35,388 bases of DNA. It comes from a virus. Lineage: Duplodnaviria; Caudoviricetes. This document shows, one piece after another, positions 8,216 through 17,264 of this stretch (within the stretch, counting starts at the first letter, position 1; every line of letters begins with the position of its first letter). The position numbers were made by a program, and so were the translations under genes. The stretch covers positions 1 to 35,388 of IMG/VR virus record IMGVR_UViG_3300020059_000007; one strand, written 5' to 3'. A model generated the notes under the pieces. It did not search any database, had not been told where the DNA came from, and saw only the letters and a list, made by a program, of their open reading frames with translations.

Positions 8216-10111
8216 CTACTCCGGTAACACTTCGAAATCCCAAGCAGCGCCCAGAATCACAAATGGCACTACATTAAAAAATTCAATCTTAGGTACAAAC
8301 CCCTGACCTCTTGGTGTTGTCCCTAGTTTTCGCCAGACAGTGCGATAAGTGCGTTCGCCAATTTTTCCCATGGTCCCTTCAAAATAAAATCCATAAGTCT
8401 GAGCACCATCTTTAGAAACAGTAAGCCATACGGATGGTTGTGGACCTGATTCAATAGCTTGAGCTGATTGATCTAAAAGAATGGAAATATCGTTTTCTGT
8501 TAAAATGTCAAAACCATCTTCCGTTAATAGGTTTTGATTAAAGAATATATTATTTCCAGTCTGACCTTGGAGAATATCTAAATGGAAACGATCAACCCTC
8601 AAACGATTATACCCTTCTGGTGTAATCTGTTTGCCTATACGCATACGTTTGATCTGTTCACCATTATTTGTTAGGAATGAATCATCAACGACATAAACTA
8701 TGGGTCGTTTATAATCTCCATAGTAATTAACACCTTTAAAAAACGCATGAGTCTGAGCTGGATGTCTATCATGATTTAAGACTTCTTCTTCATGCCAGCG
8801 CGGTTGTCCAGGTTCAGATGTTGTGACATTCAGTACAAATGTGTGATTAGCTAAGGTAAAATTCAGACGGTAAAATATAATACCGTTTTCCTTAATCATT
8901 ACCCCGCGAGCATCAGTGACCCCTGTTGCCGGATTTTGAGCATATTGCGCAAGTTGAAAGTCCAATGCTCTATTAGATACTGGCTGCGATTCAGTACCGG
9001 CAACACCCATTACAGCACCTAATCCATCTTTATCTTGGGATAAAAAGAACATACGATCAAAGCCAGTTACGATACTTCCTATAGCTGGCGTTCCAACTTC
9101 CATAAGTAATGAATTGTTGCGTCTAAATGGTAGGTTTGTACCTAAACCTGCATTTTCCCAAACTTCTGTAAAGTTCTGAGAGAATAGAAACAATCGTCTA
9201 TGTAAAGTCCTACAAGCAACAATTGTACCTGGATGAGAGGTGATTTGCCCCAACTGCAATTGACCAGACACAGTAATTTGAACAGGTGCAACACTATTTA
9301 CAGTGTAATTAATAGCAATCCCTGCATAAGCATCAGCAGCAGTTCTTGCTAGTCTAATTGTTCCTGGATTAACTGTTGGACCTGTTATTCTAATCACGTA
9401 ATATGTATCAGAAGTATTCAATGCGGGAGAGGCGGTTGGTAATGTACCGCCTCCAGTTGTTGATAGCGTTACAGGCGTACCCGTTGCAAAATTAGCACTA
9501 TTATTTAATGTTAAAGTGACATTATTGGTAGGAGATCCAGTCACTGCAAATGGAACAGGTGTGCCGCCGCTCCAAACCATCCCATTATTAAGTAGAGACA
9601 ATTGAAACTGATTCGTATCCCCATTTGCGACAACAAAAAAACCATCTAAAAAACAAACATCAATGGGTTTAACAGGAAAACCAGTATCAGTAATCTTATT
9701 CCAAGTACTCGTATTTGTATCCCATATCCAACCAGATAGACCGTCTACAAAAATAATCTGATATTGATTTGCATCAATTCCGACATAACCTGCCGGTGTT
9801 GATAATGGTTCGGAATTAATTTGTATTGTCGTTAGTGCATCAGTCGTTCCGCTTGTTCTATAAACATTGACCCCAATGACGGTATAAAATGCAATCTCAG
9901 TTTTATCTTTAAATACAAACTGCGCTCTAACTCCGGATGTTTCTATACCAAAATTTAAATCTGCATCAAGCAATCCCGATGTTGGCAATAATACCTTAGG
10001 GCGTTTAGCGTTTTGATCAAGATACTCAAACATATTGACTGTACGTTCAGCATTAATCGGCGAGAACCGCTGATTATCATATGAACCAACAATGTCATAA
10101 TCCTTTCGCAT
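8216..10111 (-). CDS. Tail hub / packaged-DNA stabilization protein, P22 gp10-like
   Basis: Motifs V.FLDGFFV, LFLFSQNFTEVWEN.G, FYRLNF, L.VSKDG..T.G, GKIGE...R.VWRKLG, plus synteny. Confidence 0.85.
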   Translation of the reverse strand: MRKDYDIVGSYDNQRFSPINAERTVNMFEYLDQNAKRPKVLLPTSGLLDADLNFGIETSGVRAQFVFKDKTEIAFYTVIGVNVYRTSGTTDALTTIQINSEPLSTPAGYVGIDANQYQIIFVDGLSGWIWDTNTSTWNKITDTGFPVKPIDVCFLDGFFVVANGDTNQFQLSLLNNGMVWSGGTPVPFAVTGSPTNNVTLTLNNSANFATGTPVTLSTTGGGTLPTASPALNTSDTYYVIRITGPTVNPGTIRLARTAADAYAGIAINYTVNSVAPVQITVSGQLQLGQITSHPGTIVACRTLHRRLFLFSQNFTEVWENAGLGTNLPFRRNNSLLMEVGTPAIGSIVTGFDRMFFLSQDKDGLGAVMGVAGTESQPVSNRALDFQLAQYAQNPATGVTDARGVMIKENGIIFYRLNFTLANHTFVLNVTTSEPGQPRWHEEEVLNHDRHPAQTHAFFKGVNYYGDYKRPIVYVVDDSFLTNNGEQIKRMRIGKQITPEGYNRLRVDRFHLDILQGQTGNNIFFNQNLLTEDGFDILTENDISILLDQSAQAIESGPQPSVWLTVSKDGAQTYGFYFEGTMGKIGERTYRTVWRKLGTTPRGQGFVPKIEFFNVVPFVILGAAWDFEVLPE

Positions 10112-10113
10112 AA

Positions 10114-10848
10114 TCAGTACGCCAAAATATTTTGCCAGTAGAAAGGTTCTGGTCTTGAAAGCATTGCGGAAGGTCTGATCGTTAAATCAGTTTCATTGGC
10201 ATTTTTAATAATCGCATAATAATCGTTATATTCGTCTTCATTTTCCTTTGGCCAGTTACCAGATGGGTAATAAGCTAAGAACTTACGGGCTAATGCATAC
10301 TTCATGAACCCATAATAAAATGGCGGTAATGTTCCCAAATCCTCATGTTCATCCAATTTATCAATCATGACCTTGCAACGTAACTCGCAAGGATAAGGTT
10401 GATCAGGTGCCGGGTAAATCGTGATGATCGATTCAAATGCCTGTTTATCTAAAAAGATAAATCCAGGTCTTGTATTTAATGGTGTTAGTCTCACAACGCC
10501 ATAGTATTGAGATTTCGTAATAATGGTTAAAGGATAGATGATTCCTTGACCTGAACTTGGAACAGTATAATTTGCAAATGCGAGATCAACAATACGATCG
10601 GCTGCAATAGCAGCTGTGATGATATTTGAAACCTCATATGAAGCCTGTCCTGCAACCATATTAAAAGACAAAGTGGTTAAAAAAGGAATATAAATAGAAT
10701 CGGCCGCAAACTTATCAAGTAACTCATTAATCAAATCAAGGCCAGTTGATAGCATAAAACTATCAGGCGCCTCATTGACTGCAAGCTCACCTAATAGATA
10801 TAAAGACTGATTGATAAGTTGATTAACTGTACGCACAACTTGAGTCAT
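10114..10848 (-). CDS. Head-to-tail adaptor, P22 gp4-like
   Basis: TV.QLI.QSL.LLG.LA..E.P...GL..INELLD N-terminus, IYPAPD and LPP.Y..MKYALA motifs, plus position. Confidence 0.8.
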   Translation of the reverse strand: MTQVVRTVNQLINQSLYLLGELAVNEAPDSFMLSTGLDLINELLDKFAADSIYIPFLTTLSFNMVAGQASYEVSNIITAAIAADRIVDLAFANYTVPSSGQGIIYPLTIITKSQYYGVVRLTPLNTRPGFIFLDKQAFESIITIYPAPDQPYPCELRCKVMIDKLDEHEDLGTLPPFYYGFMKYALARKFLAYYPSGNWPKENEDEYNDYYAIIKNANETDLTIRPSAMLSRPEPFYWQNILAY

Positions 10849-10865
10849 GACCGCCTCCTTTTAAA

Positions 10866-10902
10866 GACAAAAAGATCGGCATACCTATCCAAATATGCCG
10901 AT
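10866..10902 (-). terminator. Rho-independent terminator after the capsid cluster
   Basis: ATCGGCATA/TATGCCGAT stem (10875-10883, 10894-10902), followed on the minus strand by CTTTTT. Confidence 0.65.
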
Positions 10903-10911
10903 AAGGCCGTC

Positions 10912-11109
10912 TTATTTATGAGGAAATGCGTCTTCTAAACCACCGCAAAGCTTGTGGTTTGCTTTGGTGACAGTTTCTTCGTTGTTTGACATGTAAGCAT
11001 CGAAATGCTTCATTGCCTCTGGAACAACTGGTCTGTCGCCCATTTTTGCTTTCATCTTGGCTTGACCTGCTTTTACAAAAGCATTGTTAGCCATTACTGG
11101 ATTTTTCAT
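10912..11109 (-). CDS. Hypothetical protein, 65 aa
   Basis: AGGA RBS. Overlaps the previous gene in the late operon. Confidence 0.7.
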   Translation of the reverse strand: MKNPVMANNAFVKAGQAKMKAKMGDRPVVPEAMKHFDAYMSNNEETVTKANHKLCGGLEDAFPHK

Positions 11110-11302
11110 TGTCCTTCTCCTTAAGTTTAACCCTCGGCTTCTTGGCCTTGGATTCTTCCTTCATCTCAGATTCAACTTTTATGCGATATTCTGCTGCCTT
11201 TTTAGGACTATCAAACCAGATACCAGATGCTTTCAGTTTATCCGCCTCATCTGAATCTAAAACTCGCATGCCATCTATGGGGTGATACACGCATGTCAGC
11301 AT
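11087..11302 (-). CDS. Hypothetical capsid-adjacent protein
   Basis: Probable start MLTCVYHP at 11302 (AAGGA RBS). The G.WFDSP motif is typical of small genes after P22-like coat genes. Confidence 0.7.
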   Translation of the reverse strand: MLTCVYHPIDGMRVLDSDEADKLKASGIWFDSPKKAAEYRIKVESEMKEESKAKKPRVKLKEKDNEKSSNG

Positions 11303-11313
11303 CTGGTTATTCC

Positions 11314-12525
11314 TTATGACAGAACGCGAACGGCATATTGTGGATGCCATTTAAAGCCGCACAGTAAATCGATACGCATATAGTTTTGATAACCTAGAAT
11401 GTCACCAGTTTGCGTGACAGCTAAGGAGAGTCCAGTTTCAGGATCAACAGCAACTGATGCGTATGGCACTTGTAATTTGTAAAGTGGTGGGCAAACGATA
11501 TCGAGGGCGCGCGCAGGGTATGCGACGTTCACGTTATGTGAGCCAACCATTGTTACAGGTGCATCATCAGGAATTGCATTGCTAACATTACGGTTTGGAT
11601 TTGCAGTATCTGAAATAATAATTGGAGCAACCAATACTGTGATATTACCTGCGCCATCTGAACTTGCATTTGCAATAACGACAAACTGCATGTCTTGACC
11701 AGTTGAAGCACGCCCTACAGGGTTAACACTCTCAACGCCCGCTATAGAGATAACATCACCTATTACAAAGTAATCGACAATATTGATTGTCGCGCCATCC
11801 ATAACGATGATATTGCCGGATGCAACTGCGCCATTAACGAGTAAAGTGTCGCCAGAATGTAAACGAGGACCCGCACCTGCAATGTGACGTTTGATGTTTT
11901 GAGATTGGAAGATGTCAAAGTATGACAAATGGCCAATAGCAGAAGATCGAACGATGTCTTCGTTAAATACTGGGGTGAAGTTATTTAAGAGAGCGCCTTT
12001 TAAGCTTGAACCGTCACGAACGGTCATTGCCATATAAGCATCAGATGCGATATTAACGCCTTGCTCTAAGAGTTTAGCACCTGCTGTATCAACAGTTGTA
12101 AAGCTATTGATTGGCGTGCCAGCTGTTCCTGTAAAGAAATTTAAATCGGTTTCAGCAGCGCCACCTAAATCTTTTTCCATTTGGGTGATGATTTCTTGGA
12201 TTGCTGGAGAGATGAATAAGCGAGAGAAATCTTCAATTCTTAATGATAAATCTTGAATGGTGTATGCGATCAATGCGTGATATTGATGCGCAACAACGAT
12301 CGTTTCAACTGTTTCGATAATTGATTGGGGCGTTGCAACTGAACCATCGCCGACAATAAAGTGGTTTTGTCTTCGAACTTGTAATGTGTCACCGATTTTA
12401 TAACCAGACGATACGAAATCATCTTGGTAAATACGTGAAGCAGTCATTACAAAAGGTGCATTGTTAGCAAACATTGCTAACGCTGTGTTACTTACGAGAT
12501 CAGTCGTAATAAATTGATTAGCCAT
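11314..12525 (-). CDS. Major capsid protein, P22 gp5-like
   Basis: MAN.F.T, KIGDTLQVRR, FI.PAIQ.I, F.IFQSQN and RID.LCG.K..P.YAVR motifs. Follows the scaffold gene. Confidence 0.92.
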   Translation of the reverse strand: MANQFITTDLVSNTALAMFANNAPFVMTASRIYQDDFVSSGYKIGDTLQVRRQNHFIVGDGSVATPQSIIETVETIVVAHQYHALIAYTIQDLSLRIEDFSRLFISPAIQEIITQMEKDLGGAAETDLNFFTGTAGTPINSFTTVDTAGAKLLEQGVNIASDAYMAMTVRDGSSLKGALLNNFTPVFNEDIVRSSAIGHLSYFDIFQSQNIKRHIAGAGPRLHSGDTLLVNGAVASGNIIVMDGATINIVDYFVIGDVISIAGVESVNPVGRASTGQDMQFVVIANASSDGAGNITVLVAPIIISDTANPNRNVSNAIPDDAPVTMVGSHNVNVAYPARALDIVCPPLYKLQVPYASVAVDPETGLSLAVTQTGDILGYQNYMRIDLLCGFKWHPQYAVRVLS

Positions 12526-12612
12526 GAGCCGTAGTCTCCATTTAGTCCTTTAAATGGCACTGGTCGCAAATATCGAGTTATTACCAATTCATCTTGATTT
12601 GGTAATAAGACG

Positions 12613-13422
12613 TCACTTCCATGTGCCTGCCTTCATCCGTGCTCGGATAACCGAGGGCGGCGTCCTATCAGTTACTGCTTGAGAAGCATGTGAGGGGCTT
12701 TGTCTGACTTGACCCATTGGGTTAGTCTTATTTGATGAGTTTTGGGGTTTATTCCCGCCCATCAACGCAAAGCTCAACTTATTCACTTCTCGCGCTTGTT
12801 CTAAAGGATGGAGTTTTGCAATTCTTTCGAGTTCAGATCGATTCTTACCAAGTTTATAAGCAACGTCTGCCGGATTATCGACGAGCAAAAGTGCATCCCG
12901 CACATGAGGCGTAAACGGAACATCGTCGCCTCGAACTACATCGTCAAAATCCTCATACGAATCGGAAGCTTTATCAAATGCGCTGTTCAGTCGCTGATAT
13001 TGCTTGTGAACATGTTGCATTTGTTCTGCTTCTTTAGCTTTGCGTTCTTCCTGTTCCTTCATTCCGAACGCCATGCGTACTGCTGCTTGTATCCTTTGTT
13101 CTTCATTCATTCCTGGCGGATTGGGTTGTCCAGGTGATGAATAATGATTCTGTTCTGGCTGCATTTGCTGCTGATTATTGGGGTTACCACCCATTTGTGC
13201 TTGCATTTGCTGCATTTGCTCCTGCACTGCACGCATTTCCCTTTGGTGTTTTTTGGCTTGCATCCCTAAACGTTTTTTAATTCCGTAAGGGTCATCCTTG
13301 ATTTCGGCATCCTGTGCTTCAGAATTTCCTTGCTCTTCCGCATCGCCTACGCCAACACCACCATTAATCACATCATTTGCATCGTCACCAGTAACAGGTG
13401 AATCGTCTTGAAACTCATCCAT
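12613..13422 (-). CDS. Scaffolding protein
   Basis: Acidic N-terminus, coiled coil, Y.DFDDVV and P.DVAY.LGKN..EL.RI..L.P..Q.RE motifs. Lies upstream of the coat gene. Confidence 0.85.
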   Translation of the reverse strand: MDEFQDDSPVTGDDANDVINGGVGVGDAEEQGNSEAQDAEIKDDPYGIKKRLGMQAKKHQREMRAVQEQMQQMQAQMGGNPNNQQQMQPEQNHYSSPGQPNPPGMNEEQRIQAAVRMAFGMKEQEERKAKEAEQMQHVHKQYQRLNSAFDKASDSYEDFDDVVRGDDVPFTPHVRDALLLVDNPADVAYKLGKNRSELERIAKLHPLEQAREVNKLSFALMGGNKPQNSSNKTNPMGQVRQSPSHASQAVTDRTPPSVIRARMKAGTWK

Positions 13423-13537
13423 GAATCGTTAACTCCATTTTCGGCAGTATTTGCCCAAAGTCTTACGGCAGACTTGCGACCCTAGAGAATCCTTTTCTCT
13501 GTACTATAAATTATATTTTACTTATTTCTCGTTGCAT

Positions 13538-13553
13538 ACCCCATATATGGTGT
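13538..13553. promoter_or_regulatory. NrdR-box-like palindrome ACCCCATATATGGTGT in a divergent promoter region
   Basis: Matches 13/16 of the NrdR consensus acaCwAtATaTwGtgt. Flanked by a minus-strand TATAAT (about 13510-13515) and a plus-strand TGnTAAAAT (13568-13576). Confidence 0.55.
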
Positions 13554-13595
13554 CTGCACATACAATTTGATAAAATCATCACAAAAGAGGTATGC

Positions 13596-14108
13596 ATGAA
13601 TAAAATTATAAAAACATGCTTAAAGCATGGCGAGTTAGAAGATAATCAAGTCTATAAAAGAGAAAGAAAAAATAAAAAAGGAATTTTTATTCAATTAAGA
13701 TGTATTGCCTGTTGTAGAGAGGCAGTAAAAATGTGGAACAAGAAAAATACAAAAAAAGTAAATACATATGCAAGAGATTACTATCATAATAGAACAACAG
13801 AAAAAAACAGAAAATATGACAGAAGTGAAGAAGGTAAACAAAAAAAACATGTAAATAGAATAAAAAGAGAGTTTAAGATCACGGAAGATTATTATAACAA
13901 TTTATTTATAACGCAAAATAATATTTGCGCTATATGCCTTAATCCTGAAACTTCAAAAAAGAAAAAAAGATTATGCTTAGACCATTGTCATAGAACAGGA
14001 AAAATTAGAGAATTACTTTGCAATAAATGTAATCTTTTATTGGCGAATGTTAATGATTCAATAGAAATACTAATATCAGCAGTTAATTATTTAAAAAAAC
14101 ACAAATGA
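13596..14108 (+). CDS. Endonuclease VII-family (homing-type) nuclease
   Basis: Q.N.CAIC...LCLDHCH.TGKIRELLC.KCN motif and an N-terminal C..H/CxxC. Very AT rich, opposite strand to its neighbours. Confidence 0.88.
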   Translation: MNKIIKTCLKHGELEDNQVYKRERKNKKGIFIQLRCIACCREAVKMWNKKNTKKVNTYARDYYHNRTTEKNRKYDRSEEGKQKKHVNRIKREFKITEDYYNNLFITQNNICAICLNPETSKKKKRLCLDHCHRTGKIRELLCNKCNLLLANVNDSIEILISAVNYLKKHK

Positions 14109-14114
14109 AATAAA

Positions 14115-14185
14115 GCCCGAATAGTACAATGGTAGTACAGGTGACTTGTAATCATCAGATATAGGTTCGATTCCTATTTTGGGCA
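14115..14185 (+). tRNA. tRNA-Thr(UGU), no encoded CCA
   Basis: Cloverleaf GCCCGAA/TTTGGGC, D arm GTAC-AATGGTA-GTAC, anticodon arm GGTGA-CTTGTAA-TCATC, T arm ATAGG-TTCGATT-CCTAT. Confidence 0.93.
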
Positions 14186-14189
14186 TCAT

Positions 14190-14260
14190 GCCCGCATAGT
14201 ACAATGGCAGTACAATTGACTCGTAATCAATAGACATCAGTTCGACTCTGATTGTGGGCA
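14190..14260 (+). tRNA. tRNA-Thr(CGU), no encoded CCA
   Basis: Cloverleaf GCCCGCA/TGTGGGC, D arm GTAC-AATGGCA-GTAC, anticodon arm ATTGA-CTCGTAA-TCAAT, T arm ATCAG-TTCGACT-CTGAT. Confidence 0.93.
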
Positions 14261-16471
14261 TTAATCAGTTGTCTTCTTAACATTCTTCTCATGTTCTAAT
14301 TTAGTATTGTGCTTATATAAGTCAGCTAGCACTTGAATGGCTTTGTGTTCAAAATCCATACTAGTTTTATGTTGATCATGGCCATGGACAGCTTGCGCTT
14401 TCTTTAAATCAAGCTCATGAGTGAGCACGCCCATCTGCGCTTTGTCTTGTGCTTCTTGTGCTTTCAAGAGCATTTCAGCTTTCTTTAACTCTATTTCTTC
14501 TTGCTCAAGCTGTAATTTTTGCATTTTTACTTGAACTTCGGCTTGCTTGTTTTTTATTTCCGCCATCTTGGTTTGAATCTCTGCCTTCATCATTATCTCT
14601 TGAGGATTTGGTTGCTTAGGTGGTGGTGGCTTACCTTCCTCTTTAGCGAGAACCTCAGGCGGCACTAAGGATTTAAATCGCTCTTTGATGGTTGGCATTT
14701 GTTGTAAATCAAGTTGTGAAGCCCAAAGGTCTGCAATAAGTGGGAATGCTTGCGGGAACGCTTGCAGAGTTTGTGTGAACATTTCCAGTGCAATTTCTTT
14801 TTGAACAGCGAAACTAGGTCCTGTATCAATTTCAACATCGTATTCTCCTTGGTCTAAAGAATTAGTGACCTCATCCCCTACGCGTTTATTGATTGTAATA
14901 TCTTCTTTATTACCATTTGCTTTTGAAAGTACGAAATCTCGTTGTTCATCACCAATAATGTGAGGTAATAGACTCAAAACGACTCGGCCGCCTTGTTCGA
15001 TTGCCTGATTCAGGTTATCAAAAAACACATAAGATGACATGGAGCCTTCCATTTTGCGCTCACGTCTTGCTTTACCTGATATATCACGTCCCTGAAGCTG
15101 CTCTGTTTCAGAAAACCCAAGGATTTCACGCATATCCTGACTGCCACGTTGAAATTGTTGTAATAATGTCTGAGATAATTCCCATGCTGGCATTTTAATT
15201 GGCATAGCACCTGACTTTGGGTCAGCTTTTGCAAGCAATATGCCATTTTGAAGCTCAGGATTACGCCACATTTGTTCATAGCCTTGAATATTATCAGGCG
15301 TTCCTATCCATTGTTCGCGACGTCTATTTTTAATCTCTGCTGCAATTTCACTACCCACATAATTCACAAACTTTTGAGCATCTTTCGCTTCATGAGTAAA
15401 TGAACGAGTGTATTGTCTGCCTTCAATAAAATTTGAATCGCCATCGACAAAAATAAGAGGCAAATATTTTGATGGCCAATCGACAAATTTAATAATTTGA
15501 TTTTGTGTCATCAAATATTGACGCATAAAATAATCTTGTGAGTTTCTCTCCATCACAACTTTTGGTATTTCTTTTAAAATAATGCCACCGACAACAATTG
15601 ATTGATCTGCAAGTTGACGAGCCAGTTTAAAACGTTCTTGCATATCATCCCATTCATCTTCTGTGACAGTCATCGTCTGACCGTACTCATTTCTAAGCTT
15701 AAATAGTTTTAGAGGAAACCATTCTTTGCGTGTGTATTTACACACAACAATTGTATCTTTTGTTTGCCACTGAAAATCTAAAAGCAATCTTGGATCAGCA
15801 TAGCTCACTGGATTCATGACCCATGGATAAGTCGCATAGAATTCTTGCTTTGCATAAATGTATTGGCGTGAACAAAAGTTTCCATCGCCTTTATGTGGCT
15901 TTAATGCTGTGGGATCAAATGACATTCTTGTGGCATCAGGAATAAGATTGTATTTAATAATTTGGTTGAAAGATTTATTAGTTTCATAATCAAGATCAAT
16001 TTCAAAACCACCAAACCCTGACAATAATGCCTGCTTAAATGCAGTTTGATAAACAAGGTCATTTTGTGATTGATAGGATATTGTGCGGACTAAATCAGCG
16101 CGTAAGTCAATTTGCTCTTGTGACGCTTTGCCAGTCAAGGATCTAACAATTAAGTCAGATTTATTTTTACGTTGTTCGCCAGCTACTTTCTTGGTGGTGT
16201 CATAAAGTTTATTGAAAGTCATTGCAGGTTTAAAAAGACGGGTAAATTCAGCTCTCTCCAGAGCGCTCCATTGATCACGCAAGACGAAATTCATATCGTC
16301 TTTGCCACGGACAATGTTTTCATTAAAATAGCCATCCCAAAGCGTCATGTCTTCTCGCGCTTTTTCTAGGACTTCTTTTTCATCAACGCCTGCTTCTAAT
16401 AACTCTGCTTCAAGTTTTTCATTCTGAAGATTGATCTCGTCCTGAGACATAACGTCTTTGATGATTTCCAT
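14261..16471 (-). CDS. Portal protein, P22 gp1-like
   Basis: 736 aa with DQW, P..TFNKL, G.GGF, SG.A..R and G.YDV.IDTGPSF motifs, and a long C-terminal coiled-coil barrel. Confidence 0.92.
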   Translation of the reverse strand: MEIIKDVMSQDEINLQNEKLEAELLEAGVDEKEVLEKAREDMTLWDGYFNENIVRGKDDMNFVLRDQWSALERAEFTRLFKPAMTFNKLYDTTKKVAGEQRKNKSDLIVRSLTGKASQEQIDLRADLVRTISYQSQNDLVYQTAFKQALLSGFGGFEIDLDYETNKSFNQIIKYNLIPDATRMSFDPTALKPHKGDGNFCSRQYIYAKQEFYATYPWVMNPVSYADPRLLLDFQWQTKDTIVVCKYTRKEWFPLKLFKLRNEYGQTMTVTEDEWDDMQERFKLARQLADQSIVVGGIILKEIPKVVMERNSQDYFMRQYLMTQNQIIKFVDWPSKYLPLIFVDGDSNFIEGRQYTRSFTHEAKDAQKFVNYVGSEIAAEIKNRRREQWIGTPDNIQGYEQMWRNPELQNGILLAKADPKSGAMPIKMPAWELSQTLLQQFQRGSQDMREILGFSETEQLQGRDISGKARRERKMEGSMSSYVFFDNLNQAIEQGGRVVLSLLPHIIGDEQRDFVLSKANGNKEDITINKRVGDEVTNSLDQGEYDVEIDTGPSFAVQKEIALEMFTQTLQAFPQAFPLIADLWASQLDLQQMPTIKERFKSLVPPEVLAKEEGKPPPPKQPNPQEIMMKAEIQTKMAEIKNKQAEVQVKMQKLQLEQEEIELKKAEMLLKAQEAQDKAQMGVLTHELDLKKAQAVHGHDQHKTSMDFEHKAIQVLADLYKHNTKLEHEKNVKKTTD

Positions 16472-16533
16472 ACCATCTCACTTTTCATTTTAAGTGCGAC
16501 AACATCGTGTCATCGCACTATATTTTAAACCAG

Positions 16534-16797
16534 TTAAGCTGCTATATCATCAAGAGCTGGTTCTTTTACTTCTTCTTTTGGAGCAAATTTATTTGCATCA
16601 TAACGCGCCCAATCTGTTGCATCTATTTCTTCCACTGAAAAAATATGATTTCCAGCATTTGGGTTTGGATAGAGTAAAATCTTCCATACATGTTTCATGC
16701 CAGGCATAAATGTCAAATAACCATCTGCCATCTGCCAGCATTCACGCACTAATTCATGGCCTTCTTTTAATTCAGCTAAAGCTTCAACAAAATTCAT
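16534..16797 (-). CDS. DUF2829 / Tad2-like protein
   Basis: MNF.EAL..LKEG..L.R..W N-terminus and S.EEI.ATDW C-terminus. Confidence 0.7.
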   Translation of the reverse strand: MNFVEALAELKEGHELVRECWQMADGYLTFMPGMKHVWKILLYPNPNAGNHIFSVEEIDATDWARYDANKFAPKEEVKEPALDDIAA

Positions 16798-16821
16798 CTT
16801 ATCTCTCCTTTGAAAAAATCA

Positions 16822-17082
16822 TTATGGTAATACGGTTAGCTGGCATGATCCATTAGTAAATATGGGTTTTAACCAATCTGTGCCGTCTGAGCATACCGCG
16901 CCTATAATGTCAGTCGCCAAAATAGATTGATTTTGAGCCTTAATCCAAACATCTAAATAGCCAGCGGCTTTAACTTGCGCCAGTGTTTGCTCGGGTGCAT
17001 ACAAATGGCCGAAACGCGGAACAATATTATTCTGGCCAGGAAAGTTAATCGTAAATTGTTGAATAAGTGCTTGTGCTGTCAT
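16822..17082 (-). CDS. Hypothetical protein, possibly capsid decoration
   Basis: TLAQVKAAGYLD motif is reminiscent of small virion proteins. Coupled to the upstream ORF. Confidence 0.55.
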   Translation of the reverse strand: MTAQALIQQFTINFPGQNNIVPRFGHLYAPEQTLAQVKAAGYLDVWIKAQNQSILATDIIGAVCSDGTDWLKPIFTNGSCQLTVLP

Positions 17083-17264
17083 GATAATGTTCCTTTTTGG
17101 TTAGTTATTTTATCTAAAATTCTGCCGCATGAAACTTCTAAACCTCTTGCCATTTCTTTCAAGATTAGTTTAGTTTCATTATCCTTAATATTTTCGAAAA
17201 TCTGCAATGCTTTATCTAAGTGAAGCATACCACTTTTAATACAGTCCATATCCTCTTTAAGCAT
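17079..17264 (-). CDS. Hypothetical protein
   Basis: Overlapping start/stop chain in the late operon. Confidence 0.65.
   Translation of the reverse strand: MLKEDMDCIKSGMLHLDKALQIFENIKDNETKLILKEMARGLEVSCGRILDKITNQKGTLS

Noticed and set aside
14115-14260. tRNAs as an attP/attL integration scar
   Set aside because: Both are complete genes inside the head module, with no integrase and no duplicated 3' fragment elsewhere.
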